Of a stretch of 64,000 bases of DNA, positions 24,136 through 37,706 are shown in pieces. The stretch's first letter is position 1, and each line of letters begins with the position of its first letter. Made by a program: the position numbers and the translations under genes. Origin of the DNA: Calcarisporiella thermophila CBS 279.70 (lineage: Eukaryota > Fungi > Calcarisporiellomycota). The DNA is taken from contig NW_027192198.1 of NCBI RefSeq assembly GCF_041956535.1, forward strand, positions 1,046,540-1,110,539. Direction: 5' to 3'. Below the pieces are notes generated by a model that saw only the letters and a program-made list of their open reading frames with translations, was not told where the DNA came from and searched no databases.

Positions 24136-25726
24136 CTAAAGATCGGCAGGGAGGATCTTGCCGGTGCACTCTCCAAATCCAACCCGGAATCCGTCTTTCG
24201 ACTGGCAGTAGCCCACAATGCGCACGGCATCTCCGTCCTCAATGAACTTGCGGGTGGTCGCGCCGCACTTCACGTCGCGCTGCCCGGACCACGACAGCTC
24301 GAGCATGGAGCCGAAGGAGTCCTCGGTGGGGCCGCTGATCGTGCCGGTGCCGCACAGATCGCCGGTGCGCATGTTGCACCCATTGACGGAATGGTGCGCG
24401 AGCTGCTGGAAGATGCTCCAGTACATGTACTTGAGATTGGACCGGCATACGGTGTGGAAGTCCTGCGCGCCGTTGGGCTTGATGTCCACCTCCAGAACGA
24501 TATCGTAGGCGGTGTTGCGCCCCTTCTCCTGCAGATAGGGGAGCGGCTCGGGATCCTGCGCGGGCCCGGGGACCAAGAAGGGTTCAAGCGCATCCAGGGT
24601 CACGACCCAAGGAGAGATCAAGGTGCCCATGTTCTTGCCAAGGAATGGGCCAAGGGGCTGGTATTCCCAGGCCTGAATATCACGAGCACTCCAGTCGTTC
24701 ATCAACACGAGGCCGAAGATGTGGTCCCGCGCCTGGTCAATCGGGATGCGGCTACCGAGCTCATTGCCCGTTCCAACGAGGAAAGCCTATCCAAAGGGGG
24801 GGGGTGCCACCATTAAGAAAAAAAAAAACACCCTAGAAACAGAGAAAAGGGGGTCCATCATCGGGCCTATCCTGCTTACCATTTCCAGCTCAAAGTCCAT
24901 ACGGGCAGAGGGCCCGTACACGGGGGGTTGATCGGGCTTCGGGCGGCGCTGGCCGCAGGGGCGCTTCAAATCCGTTCCAGACACCACGACGCTGGAGGCG
25001 CGACCGTGATACCCAACGGGAAGGTGGAGCCTTGTTCACAAACAGAAACAGACAAAGACAAATAAGCCATCGAGAACCTGTTTAAATCCATTCGACCATC
25101 TTTACCAGTTAGGCATAAGCGCATTCTCCTTGCCACGGAACATGATACCGACATTAGAGGCGTGCTCCTTCGAGGCGTAGAAGTCTGTGTAGTCACTGTA
25201 GAGCCATAAATAGAGTCCATCAATCCAATCCTTCTCGTGTTAGGAGACACATAAGGAGAAGAGGGAATTACCCAATCTCGGCGGGGAGGTGCATCCTGGC
25301 ATCCTTCATCGCAACAAAAGCCACTTGTCTTAGGGCAGCATCGTCGCGCAATGTGGCGCAATCGTCCGAGAGCAGCGTCTGCAAGAGACGGCGGGTGGCC
25401 TGCCACACGGGCTTACCCTGAGCCATGAAGGCATTGAGGGTGGGTTGAGCAAAGAGGGCCAAAGGATCCTTGATTTCCTTGGAGAGAAGAGAGGCAATGG
25501 CCGAAAGGTCGAGGATGTGATCGCCAATCGCTACTCCCACGCGAGGAGTGGGCTAAATTAATTATCCATGCGCATTAGGTTAATTAGAGGATGTGGAATG
25601 GAGGAAGAGGGGGAAAGGCCGGGCGCCATTTTGAAGACTTACGTTGGAGGAGGTCGAGAAAATACCATAGGGGAGGTTCTGGATGGGGAAGTGCGAGTCG
25701 GCGGGGACGTCGATGAAACTCTTCAT
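24136..25726 (-). CDS. FAH: Fumarylacetoacetase, multi-exon
   Basis: [58 protein letters not shown] and RVGFGEC motifs. Confidence 0.95.
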
Positions 25727-26288
25727 TTTAGTTTAGAATATTATATTTATTTATTATTTTTCAGCAAAAAAACCGAGACAAGCTCTTTTACGCTGGTTGT
25801 TTGTGATGTTGTATTTCGAGATTGCATCCGTGGGAAAATTAAGGGGAGGAAGGGTGGCTGATTTCTCAAAAGCACTCTTCTCCCCTTCGGCTCCCAAATC
25901 GAATTTTGGTTGGGTTGTGCAAGTGGCCCCCCAGGGGGGAGAAAGGTTGCAAGGCGACCAGGTGGGTGGCAAAAAAAGTTGTGCTTTATCAGTTGAAAGT
26001 ACACAAGAGGAAAATTATAAAAGAGATAGAAGAGGGGAAAATAAAAGAAGAGAAAAAAGAAATCAACATCAAAACGGGTGCCGGGAGAGAGAAAGGGGAT
26101 TCATTACATCCGCTAGCACTTCCCAATAGACACATTCGCAAGCAAAGGATTGAAAAAGAAATGAAAGGAAAAAAAATATAAAATATATATGAGCAAAGAA
26201 AGTCAAGACAAAAAAGAATCAAGGAAAGCTGGGGAGAAGAGGTAGAGAAGAAGGGCGACGCGATGGAAAAAAAAAAAGAAGGGTGGGA

Positions 26289-26323
26289 AAAAGAAGAAGA
26301 AGAAGAAGAAGAAAAAGAAGAAA
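26289..26323 (+). repeat. (GAA)n purine microsatellite in the PP1 3' region
   Basis: Direct reading: aagaagaagaagaagaagaagaaaaagaagaaag. Confidence 0.7.
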
Positions 26324-26399
26324 GTAGAGACTTCAAGAAAGAAAAACATGCCATTCTTCATGCACACCTTGGGAGAGGGGGGGGGGTAACCCACTTAAA

Positions 26400-27694
<1,295 letters not shown>

Positions 27695-28143
27695 GATGAA
27701 ATCGGGAGAATTAAAATGATCAATCTGGAAATGATGAGAAGCGTAGAGCAAGAGATTAATAACATTGGCATTCAGCACAAAAAATTATCTGAGCATCCAC
27801 ACGACGGATCTCTCCTGGGCAAGATGCAGAGAAAATCCAAGGGACGGAATGATGCAAGCAGCCCAGATCCATTTCTACCCATCCACAATACACGCTCTGC
27901 AAAACATCATCCGATGTACTGGGGAAACACCAACCTTGATTTCCTTCAATCACAAAGGGAAAACACGCACAAATGAAGAGATGTATTTTATATATGTGTC
28001 TGAGTCACGTATCTTGGTAGTATTAAAATATAGGATAATTAGTTGGTGTGTCTTGATGGAAAAAAGTGAGTATTGAAAAATAATTTTTAATTAGTGAAAA
28101 AAAAAAAAAAAAACTTCGGACGCAGCAGATGAAACCAAAAATT

Positions 28144-28215
28144 GGGCTCAACTGGGAATTGAACCCAGGACCTCTCCCACCCTAAGGGAGAATTATACCA
28201 CTAAACCATTGAGCC
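28144..28215 (-). tRNA. tRNA-Pro(AGG)
   Basis: Reverse complement GGCTCAATGGTTTAGTGGTATAATTCTCCCTTAGGGTGGGAGAGGTCCTGGGTTCAATTCCCAGTTGAGCCC. Confidence 0.95.
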
Positions 28216-29961
28216 ACCCTATTCGGTGAAATTTAGATTTGAGAAATCTTTTTATAGCGGAATTTTTCTGTATAATTTTCACAGATGGATTTTTTTAAAG
28301 AGACATTCTCAGGAAGGTTAGTGTTCATAGTTTAGGCCTTTTTTGAAATATACAAGGTTCGATAACCTTTGTAAGAGACTTAATACATTTTATCAGAGAA
28401 TCCTGGATACACTACGTTTATATTTCTAGGGATAATATCAACGCATTGGATGCCACGAGGAGACGCAAGGCAAAGACCGACAAAAGCATGATGGTATTAT
28501 ATCCAAAGGTATATTTCCGTTTGATCTACATATAAATCAATGGGCCATGAGTAGAGGTCCAAAGGAAAAAAAATGAAGAAGAAAGCTTAAAAATAAAAAT
28601 GGGTCAAGAGCCGACAAATTCAGATCATCGATAGTCAGGAGGTGACCTTTGATTTCGAAGACGTAGGGTATACCTAGAGCGACCTAATCTGTTTTGAGTC
28701 GTTTCAACCTTTATACTTCGATTACTTATATTTAATTTCTCTAAGTTGACCCCACTGTTATAATAAATTTTAAATTAACAGAGCACGTAAGTACTTGCCT
28801 CCAGAAAGGAAAAAAAAACCATTAAAATAAAAGTGATTTTTTATTTTACTTTCCCGTTTTCCTACAGCTGCTTTACTTTCAGCCTCATATACATATATAT
28901 ATATCTATTTACTATGTTTTTTTTTTTACACCATCACATTTCTCTTTAATCCATCTATGAATAGCCGCATTGAAAGTGACTTTATCATCCTATCCTAATG
29001 TACCTTCAATTTTTCGACACCTATCCTACCTTTTTCAACCTAGCCCTCATACCATCAGGAGTAGATATCTCCCAGCGTGAGCGGGGGCCTAACTGTCTGC
29101 CATTGAACTGGCGTTCAGTGGCCCATTTCTTTGATTACCCAGCCTCTAGAGGCAAGGGAGATTGCTTGTCATTTGTATTTAATTTTTACTTAAAAATGGA
29201 ATAATGAAGCGACCGATTTCTCTCCGTCCATGGCCCAAGCCCCCTCCCAGTTCCCCAATGAATGCAGCCTTCTGCTGAATTTCAATGCATCCCAGTAGGA
29301 ACGCGCATGTAACCAGATCCAAGTGCGTCCATATATTCTATTCAAGGCTTGAGTTGATGAAGTTAAATGAAAGTAAACCTTCTCACTATGACTATATATA
29401 GCAGTGTCGGGATGGTCAGATATCAAGATCGCCAGGGACGCTTCCTCAGAAATCCGATGTCTCCTTCTCATCAAGTAACGAAAATGGACGCTTGCCTCGG
29501 GGCAATACCGAATTCCAAATTCCAGAAGGAGAGAGAAGCAGGATCTTTTGGGAACAGAATATACCATTTGCTTATTTACCAGCATTGATTGCCTTGCTAA
29601 AAAGGCAGTCATCGCCCCTTTGTTGAAAAGAACAGAATGAGGGTCAAGCCTGTCCAGAATCCGCCGATGGGAGTGGCCGACTCAACCAGTAGGTCGGGTC
29701 TATTATGGGCTCAGGCCGACAGGGGGCAGGCTGACTCTCAGTAGGTTTTTCGTTAATGCGTCCATCCAAGTTGACAGCTGCGTTGTAGAAATTGTATATA
29801 TATTCTTTTTAACTTACAGAGGAGGAAAAGCAAAATGTAAATAAATTGTATAGCACCATGGATTAGTAGTAAACAGAAGAGGGGAAGATTTTTTCATATA
29901 TGGAAAATGCATCAACCCAAGGGCAAAGAGTCGGGCTCGTGGCTCTAGGAACTCTGGTCCA

Positions 29962-31540
29962 TTATTCTACAATGGTCAACTCCTTGATCCGATTGGGCGC
30001 GTAGGTGTCTTTGTACTTCTCCCAGATTTCCTTGAGTGCATCAATGTATTGCTCTTGAAGTTCGGCTATATCATCTGCGGTAATGTTGGTTTTTTTCTGG
30101 GTAGGAATGGGCTTTCCGTCTGAAAAAAATGGCCGGGGGGTCAGAGGAGTTAGCGCACTTTCCCAGAGAAGGGCATCCGAGGAGGAAGAGCAGAGTACTT
30201 ACACACGACGACAATAGGACGTCTGTGGGGTAGCAGCCCATAGTCATCTAGAGAGAGAATCGATGTTTGGGTGAGCTTACGGGTTAGGCTCGATTCGGCA
30301 ATAAAGAGAAAAGGGCTTACAATTAAAGATGCCTCGGCCATGGAAGAGCGGAAGCGTGAAGCTGAATATCCGCTGGAACTGTTTCTGGAACTTGAATAGG
30401 AAAGAGTCGCGCTCGTTCTTGATTTGGTCGAAAATGTCATTCTCTCCAAATCCAAGCACGGGAACCAGCGAGGCCCTATGGTCCACGGTCACACACGCGT
30501 TAGTTTATGGAGTTCGGGGGCGGCCAAAAAGACCCGAACATCAGCACGCTTACCCAGTCTGTAGGGCTAGTTTGATGAAGCCATGGCGCCTTCGCAAGGC
30601 CAAATCCATTGTGCCCGGACGAGAGAGCAGACTCTCCGTCGCTCCTCCAATGACGATGACAATCGAATTGCCGGGCCCCTTGTTCAAGATATTGAAGCAC
30701 GACGAGCGCGACTAAAGAGCAAAGAGAAATGAGCTCGACATCTATACCGGGGGGGGCAACTGGTGAGACAAGTGCCCAGCATTACATACCACCGCACACA
30801 CGCCGTGGGCCATCAGCCAATCTCTGTAAAATGGCGTTGTGAAATTAATGGTGAGCGTCAACAAATGCGGTTTGACACCCGGAAAGAGCTCGGAGAAACC
30901 AGTCCCCTCGGTAGCAAAATTAGCCCATGCGCCCATTCCAATGATGCCGTGGGGATGGTACCCAAAAATGTAGTTTTTCGATGGATCTAGATCTCCTTCC
31001 TAGAATGCATGGACAGAATTAGGGGATAAGAAAATGGGGATTCACGAAATGGGTGGCCGCCTGCCAAGTACCTTAATAGCTCTAATCGGAAAGAATCTGG
31101 GAGGCAATATAAAAACAGGGTGAGATTCACGCAATTCCCACCACCGAAAGCCCATGGGCCACTCACTCTGCAAACCATCGCCAAACCACCATTCTCCTGA
31201 CCCACTGCAGGGGTCGCCCCCCGTTTTCGGGGGCCCGATCAAATCGAGACCACACCAAGTATGAAATGACAAAGGGCCATGCAAAAGGAATGGCACAGAG
31301 CAGGAAGAAGACCCCCAAGCAGATCGACATCATGCAGAAGAAGACGAGCACGCCGAATGTCTGGCGGCGCCGGCGAAGAGGGATATTGAGCGGGGCAAAC
31401 CGAATGTGCTGATTGGGCTTTTTCTCAGGCTGTGAGGGAGGGGGAGGGGCCCCGTTGTCCTTGGGCTCCTTGCCGGCGACTGCGGCGGGCTCGTTTCGGC
31501 TGTCACCATTTTCATCCCGTGGGGCGTCGGGGATCGTCAT
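29962..31540 (-). CDS. DGA1: Diacylglycerol O-acyltransferase, DGAT2 family
   Basis: FAPLNIPLRRRRQT, HPHG, FATEGTGFS, LVPVLGFGEND and LPLFHGRG motifs. Confidence 0.93.
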
Positions 31541-32567
31541 GTCGAGGTGTGATTAAATGCGCAAATTCGAGCAGGTGTTTTGGACTATGAAGAGAGTTTG
31601 TTTGCAAAGCAGAAGCTAGAACGCGTGAAAGAAGTGAGAAAAAGAGAAGTGTTAATCTGAATTGGGAACCTCCAATCGCTTTCCGCCGAAAATTTGCAAT
31701 CTGGTTGGTCGCGGAGGGGCATAGCGGACGAGCGAGAGGCCGATGGAGACTCAAATCAGCCGAATATCGGCCTGCTCAGAGAGCTGCCGCTCACCCTGCA
31801 CCGATCCCCGTGCTCGGTAGGACTAAGCCACAGCCCGCTGCCCTATGCTTCCGCGGCATGCTCCAAAGTGACAGTTTGGTGCGGTACCAACCACCCGCCT
31901 TTGCCTCTTGCCTCCAGTGTAACAGCCCGAACTCAAAGGCCCCTTTTCATCAAGTCCCCACAAAAAGCAGCCCGTTCGTTTCAGCTTCATCCACGCCTTC
32001 TCCTCTCGAGCCCCCATGCGTCCCCCTCTCCTTCTCCCCTGCTCCACCACGCATAGAGTCCGTCCTCAGCGCCACGAGCCGAGCCTGGCTATCGTGGCCA
32101 GAGTATTGCTGAGTATGTTGCACAGTTAAATTTGCCGTAGAGCGAGAGCGCACCCATATCTCCACCACGAGCAGATGCTCTGCTCTTCCAGCCGCCTGGC
32201 CACAATGGCGCGGGAAGAGACATACTGTGAGCATCCTTCCCCAACTCCAGCCTATGATGTCAAATCGATAGAGAGTCGTGAAGCCGAGAATCATTACAAC
32301 CCTAATCAAGCTTGCGTAACAATGGCCGTAAAGGGATATTTGTCTTAATAATTCAGGTTGACAGTACCTTTCTGCACCTGACTATGGCCAGAAGCAAGGC
32401 AGCATCCACCTTTCCGGATGCGCTACTTCTCTCTACAGCTTAGCTTAGCTTAATTTTCCTTTTGGGATGGACGACCAGTTTTATCATATGAAAAAAAAAA
32501 TAATCAACCAAAAATTGAAGGTCAGAGCCATTTCTGAAATCAGGTAATGCGGCTTCGGGCTCATCGG

Positions 32568-34732
32568 CTAGTAGCCAATGGCTTGCCCATCGCCCCGCTG
32601 ATCGGAGCCGGCGGTCAGCACTCGTCTTCCTGTTCTCGCATCGCGCGAACACCGGATGATTTGCCCTTTGCCAAACACGTCCCGTTTCATGCCCGTGACG
32701 ACACGCACTCGGTGGCCTTTAGCCTCCAATCCCCGCACCACCTCCTCCTTGATCCCGTCCTCGAGGTAGATAACCCCGTCCTCCTCCACGCCAATGCAAA
32801 AGCGCGGGCGGTCTAGCGCGGTTTGCGGATCCATCTTGTAATTGAGAAGATTGAGAAGCACTTGAACATGGCCTTGAGGCTAAAGTTTTGAGTGGGAAAA
32901 AAAGAGAGAAAAATGAATACACAGGCAGAGAAAGACAATGGGATCATAGTTGCCTGCATGAATTTGCCCATGACTATGGTGCAAATAGAAAAAAGTCAAT
33001 CAATAGAATGGGTCAAAGAGCCAGCGGAGAGGCCAGGAAACTTACCGCCATAGCAGAGGAAGAGTTCCCCCTCCACCGTCACCATGGCCGGGATGATCGT
33101 GTGGTAGGGTCGCTTTCTTGGAGCGATGCAGTTGGGCGACCCCTCTGTCAGGTTAAACCCGCTGCCTCGATTCTGCAGCGTGAAGCCACAGCCCTTGGGA
33201 ATGGCCCCAGATCCAAATCCCTGGTAGTTTGAATTGATGAAACTGCACGCGTTGCCCTCTTCATCTACCACGGAAAAATAGACGGTCCCAGGCTGAGCGA
33301 GCGGCTTGCCCCGTTCCACATCGACTGACGCCCTCTCCGGGTCGAAGAGCTTCGACCGCTCAGCCAAATAGTCCTTGTGGAGCAGATTTTCGACGGGAAC
33401 GGGGCCATGGTCCGGATCGCTAACGTACCAACGCGCATCGATGAAGGCAATGCGAAGTGCCTCGATCACCGCGTGCAGATACTCGACCGAGTTGTGCTCC
33501 AGCGCCTTCAGGTTGATTCTTTCCTCCTTGTCGAGGGCCTCTAGAATGCCGAGGGCCATCAGCGCCGTAAGGCCCTGGCCATTCGGTGGACACTCGTAGA
33601 CCGTCACGCCCCCAAAGTCGATCCGAATGGGGTCAACGCGCGTCGACGTGTGGCTTGCAAGATCCTCCAAGGTCATGACCCCCCCACGAGACTGGATCAC
33701 ATTGACAATCTCCTGCGCGATTCTACCCCTGTAGAATCCGTCCTTCTTCTCCCGCGCCAGCACTCGGAAGGTTTCGGCCAAATTGGGCAATCGTATCACC
33801 TCTCCTGTCTGCGGGGCCCGCCCATCTACCAGCATCTCCTCGGAGTTGGGCGACGCTTCCTTGAGCTTCTTCTCCTCTCGCCCCCACGCATGGGCCGTAA
33901 TGGGGGACACGGGGTACCCTCCCTCGGCCAGTTCAATAGCGGGCTCCAATATCTCTCCCAGGGAAAGACGGCCACTTCCAAACCACTCGACCGTATCGAC
34001 CCAGCCGGCGGCCGCCCCCGGCACCGTGACGGAGTTGATGTTGGTATGGGGGATGGAGTCGCCTTGGACTTTGAGCATGTTCCGCACGAAGTCAAGGGTG
34101 AGAGCAGCGGGAGCGCGCCCCGAGCCATTCAAACCATAGACATGTCGCGATTTGGCATCGTAAAAAAGGCAGAAACAGTCGCCGCCAATGCCGGTTGAGC
34201 AGGGCTCTATGGAACCATGAGTGGGCATTAAAGGAATTTCCAAGCGATATTCCAAAAAAACATGGTTAATTGCTATACCTGTAACATTGAGCGCAGCAGC
34301 TGCGTTATAAATAGAAACAGCAGATGATAGTAATTAGTCAACGAATAGCTGATGCTAAAATTTTGCTTGCTCACCAACAGCAACGGCAGCATCCTAACCA
34401 TATATATATATTGAACAGGGTCAGTCAATATTCTAGCCATGAGGAGACGGTGTGCAAGGCGGAGCTACAATACTCACTGCAGCATTCCCTCCCTTCATTA
34501 ATATCCGTAGCCCAGCTTGTGATGCCAAGGGTTGACTATCCGGTAAAAAAAAGGAATTCGCCGCGCATTAGACCATTAATTCACTTCGTTAATAATGCAA
34601 AGGGTTGAATTCGGCATCTTGGATTGAGGAAGCTTACGAGGATGCAACCGCGGCCCTAGTTGCAAACACGGGCGAGCGACGGGATATGCTGGCAAAGCAG
34701 TCAGGTGGATATTCAATGGAGGGTAGAGCCAT
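32568..34732 (-). CDS. Gamma-glutamyltranspeptidase family protein
   Basis: RRSPV, EPCSTGIGGD, LNGSGRAP, PPNGQG, TVYFSVVD (Thr nucleophile), KRPYHTIIP and GSDQRGDG motifs. Confidence 0.93.
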
Positions 34733-35608
34733 GTGGAGAAAGAACTTGGTCCGAGTTCTCAAGATATCGGTCACAATAAATCAAGATGGACGCGAAATAT
34801 TAGATCCGAGCTCCTTTGAAATATCGATTGGCTACAGAGAGCTGAATCCGAAATGGGTCAAGCCAAATTCTCTCTATATTACTATGGTTCCCTCGTGGGG
34901 TTGAATAGGGTGCGTGTCTGGCCATTCTACAAATTTTGTTAAAGGCCACACGCGTTGCTTCAAAGACTCTGAACTTAGCTATCACTTGATCATTAATATA
35001 GTTTGCTGGCAAGGAATTGCTCCAAGGGGATGTACTTTCAGAGATGTTAGAACTGGAAGTTTTGGGCTGGAGGCCATTTGTTCCAAACTCTACAAAACAC
35101 AATATAGCACAGTATGTACCAGGAACATAGGGGTGCAAATATATTATTTTATGAATCTAGTTGTTTTGCCTTTTTTTAAACCAAGTAAGACATTAGAAAG
35201 CATTGGCATTTAATGAGATCCTATCCTATGCTCAATTACCTAAGGTCGTGGTGTATAGTTATTGATAGCCATGAACATAAATAAATTTGATATTACAATT
35301 AGCTCCAATTTTGCCTTCCGTTCCTAAGGCTCATTTATAGTGCTACCTTCAGGGGGTGGTATTACAAGGAAAATTATAAATGTTTTCAGGTTGTATTAGT
35401 GTAATTTTTTTCTACAAAAACAATTTTATTGTAATTCTCTTGTAAAAGCTCAGTTTATCAATAAGCGGTCCCATCATTATGAATTATGAGCAGCCTACAG
35501 GTCTCTGTCAAAATTGTTTAAACTTAGTATATACAACGGCTTAAACAAAGAATTGATATTATTTTGATGGTATTATATTATTCCTTATAGGGACGGATAA
35601 ATGAATTA

Positions 35609-36239
35609 CTAATGATCCTTCTTAATGAAAACACTGATATTATACTTTAAATAATATATATATATTCGAAACAACAAGTATGAAAAAAGAAAAAGGAATA
35701 TAACTGGAATAAAGAGAAAATAAAAAATAGATTTAAGCTTAAATACTATTAAAAGTATATTATTAATCTGCTCGTTTCTTTTTACATTTATCGTGAGGGA
35801 ATGTTTAGGACCAAACACTTTCTTATGGATATTAAATGTACGTGTGTAGAGTGGTTCTGCTTGCTCATATTTGCCTTGGTTATGATAGAGTTGAGCGAGA
35901 TTGTTTAGAGAAGTGGCTGTATTAGGGTGCTCGGGTCTCAGTATCTTCTCTCGAATGTTAAGTGCATGTGTGTAGAGTGGCTCTGCTTGCTCATACTTGC
36001 CTTGGTCATTATAGAGTAGAGCGAGGTTGTTCAGAGAAGTTACTGTGTCAGGGTGCTCGGGTCCCAGTCTCTTCTCTCGAATATTAAGTGCACGTGTGTA
36101 AAGTGGCTCTGCTTGCTCATATTTTCCTTGGTTATAAAAGAGTGCAGCGAGATTATTTAGAGTAGTGGCAGTTTCAGGGTGCTCGGATCCAAATCTCTTC
36201 TCTCTAATATTAAGTGCATGTGTGTAGAGTGGCTCTGCT
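35609..36239 (-). pseudogene. Headless TPR-repeat (kinesin-light-chain/NLR-type 42-aa repeat) gene fragment with a hydrophobic C-terminus
   Basis: 126-bp period (units near 35843, 35969, 36095, 36221) encoding QGKYEQAEPLYTRALNIREK.LGPEHPDT.TSLNNLA. No start codon or N-terminal domain. Confidence 0.85.
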
Positions 36240-36427
36240 CACGTGCTGTTAATATTCGTAAGAAAGTATTCGGTCCCATACACCCCCTCACTATAAATGC
36301 TAAAAGAAACGAACAAGTTAATAATTTATTTTTAATATTTTTTAAACTAAAATCTATGAGTATTTATTTCTATATTCCATTGATTCTCTTTACTCTTATT
36401 TCATTTATATATATCTGGATATTTTAA
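36240..36427 (+). pseudogene. Inverted paralogous 3' end of the same TPR gene family
   Basis: RAVNIRKKVFGPIHPLTINAKRNEQVNNLFLIFFKLKS matches the minus-strand RTFNIHKKVFGPKHSLTINVKRNEQINNILLIVFKLKS. Confidence 0.8.
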
Positions 36428-37706
36428 TTATCTATTACAATTTTACATTTTTTGAAAAGTTTCACTAGTAAAGTAAGTAATTCCGAAGAATTTTAAGAAA
36501 GCGTGCAAGAAGGCCGACAAGGGTGAAGTGTGTGTCGAAGGCAAGAAGAACTTCGATAATCTGCGCCGTATACAGCGAGAGATGCATTATGGTTGCACCG
36601 GAAATTATTTCGCGGGAGATGTAGAACTTTGTGAACGAGAAGTTACTGAAGAGGATAAAAACCGACTCGAGAAACTGAAGGAGACTACCTTCAAATGCTG
36701 TTGCAGACCTCTCTATCCTATTTAATAAAGTGCTAAGGGGATTTAAGAGAGGATAAAAATGCCACTAGCGCAACTAACCATGTTATAGGGCTTCGGGTAT
36801 GACCTATGGAGCGTATTATGGTAAGAATCATGGTAAGTATTAGGTTAAAAATTAATATAATTACTAAATTAAATATCGTGGTAAATATTTGGGTAAGCAT
36901 TGGTATATTATTAGGGAAAGTTATAGGTTAGGTTAGAAAATAAAATAAAACCTACTAGAGGAAGGGAAGGTTTTGATGGTGGTTTGAGGAAGCTACTACA
37001 AATGATTGTGTATCGATTGCACTAAAAATGAGCGCTCTAGGTTGGATACTCGCAGAGTTATTAGCACTCAAAGTTTTTGCTATAATACTAGAGATTTATA
37101 TCTAAATAGTTTGGTCCAATCAAATTTCATAATTCTTATTTCTAAATCTCTGATTCTGTCTGACTTTTTGTGGAAACCCCCATATCATGCTATATATCTA
37201 TTTTTACGGGATAATATAGAGTAAATATAAATTTTTTTATCAAGTTTGAATCGAGTAGTGTAAATTGTGATGGTCACAACCTCAATTCCTTTGATCGTGC
37301 CGAATTTCTTTTATTGAACCCGAAATCGGCCGATAATTGAAAAGTACGGAAACATGCACCAGTAATTCCATCCTATAGAATCTTGATTTCCCGACCAGGA
37401 GCAAAGTGGCTCCTTCTCCACGTAGTCTATCTTTGTGACCCAGAGAGCAAAGAGGGGAGGGGGAGAGTTGGAACTGGTTAAAAGCGCCCGTTGTTAACAA
37501 ATGAGTTTAAATAGAGGATATCGATATTGTATAGAGTTTTCGGGCTGAAAGGGGTGGGAGGGGGGGGGAGGGAGAATAGAGAAAGTGTTTAAATAAAACC
37601 AACGGTTTAAAACTAAAAGAATAAACATCGGACAATTAAGTTATGCAAAACATACAGATATTACAACAAAACAGGTGGAGCAGAACAAAGGAGGGTGGAA
37701 GGGTTA

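Noticed and set aside
28453-28467. CACGAGGAGACGCA resembling the RLE element 3' UTR (~1729-1743)
   Set aside because: Short match with an indel and no flanking similarity; insufficient to claim a shared tail.
29190-29612. 140-aa ORF containing HPDTA (TPR-like word)
   Set aside because: No other TPR consensus residues or periodicity.
35843-36239. CRISPR-like or satellite array
   Set aside because: The 126-bp period encodes TPR repeats and there are no unique spacers.
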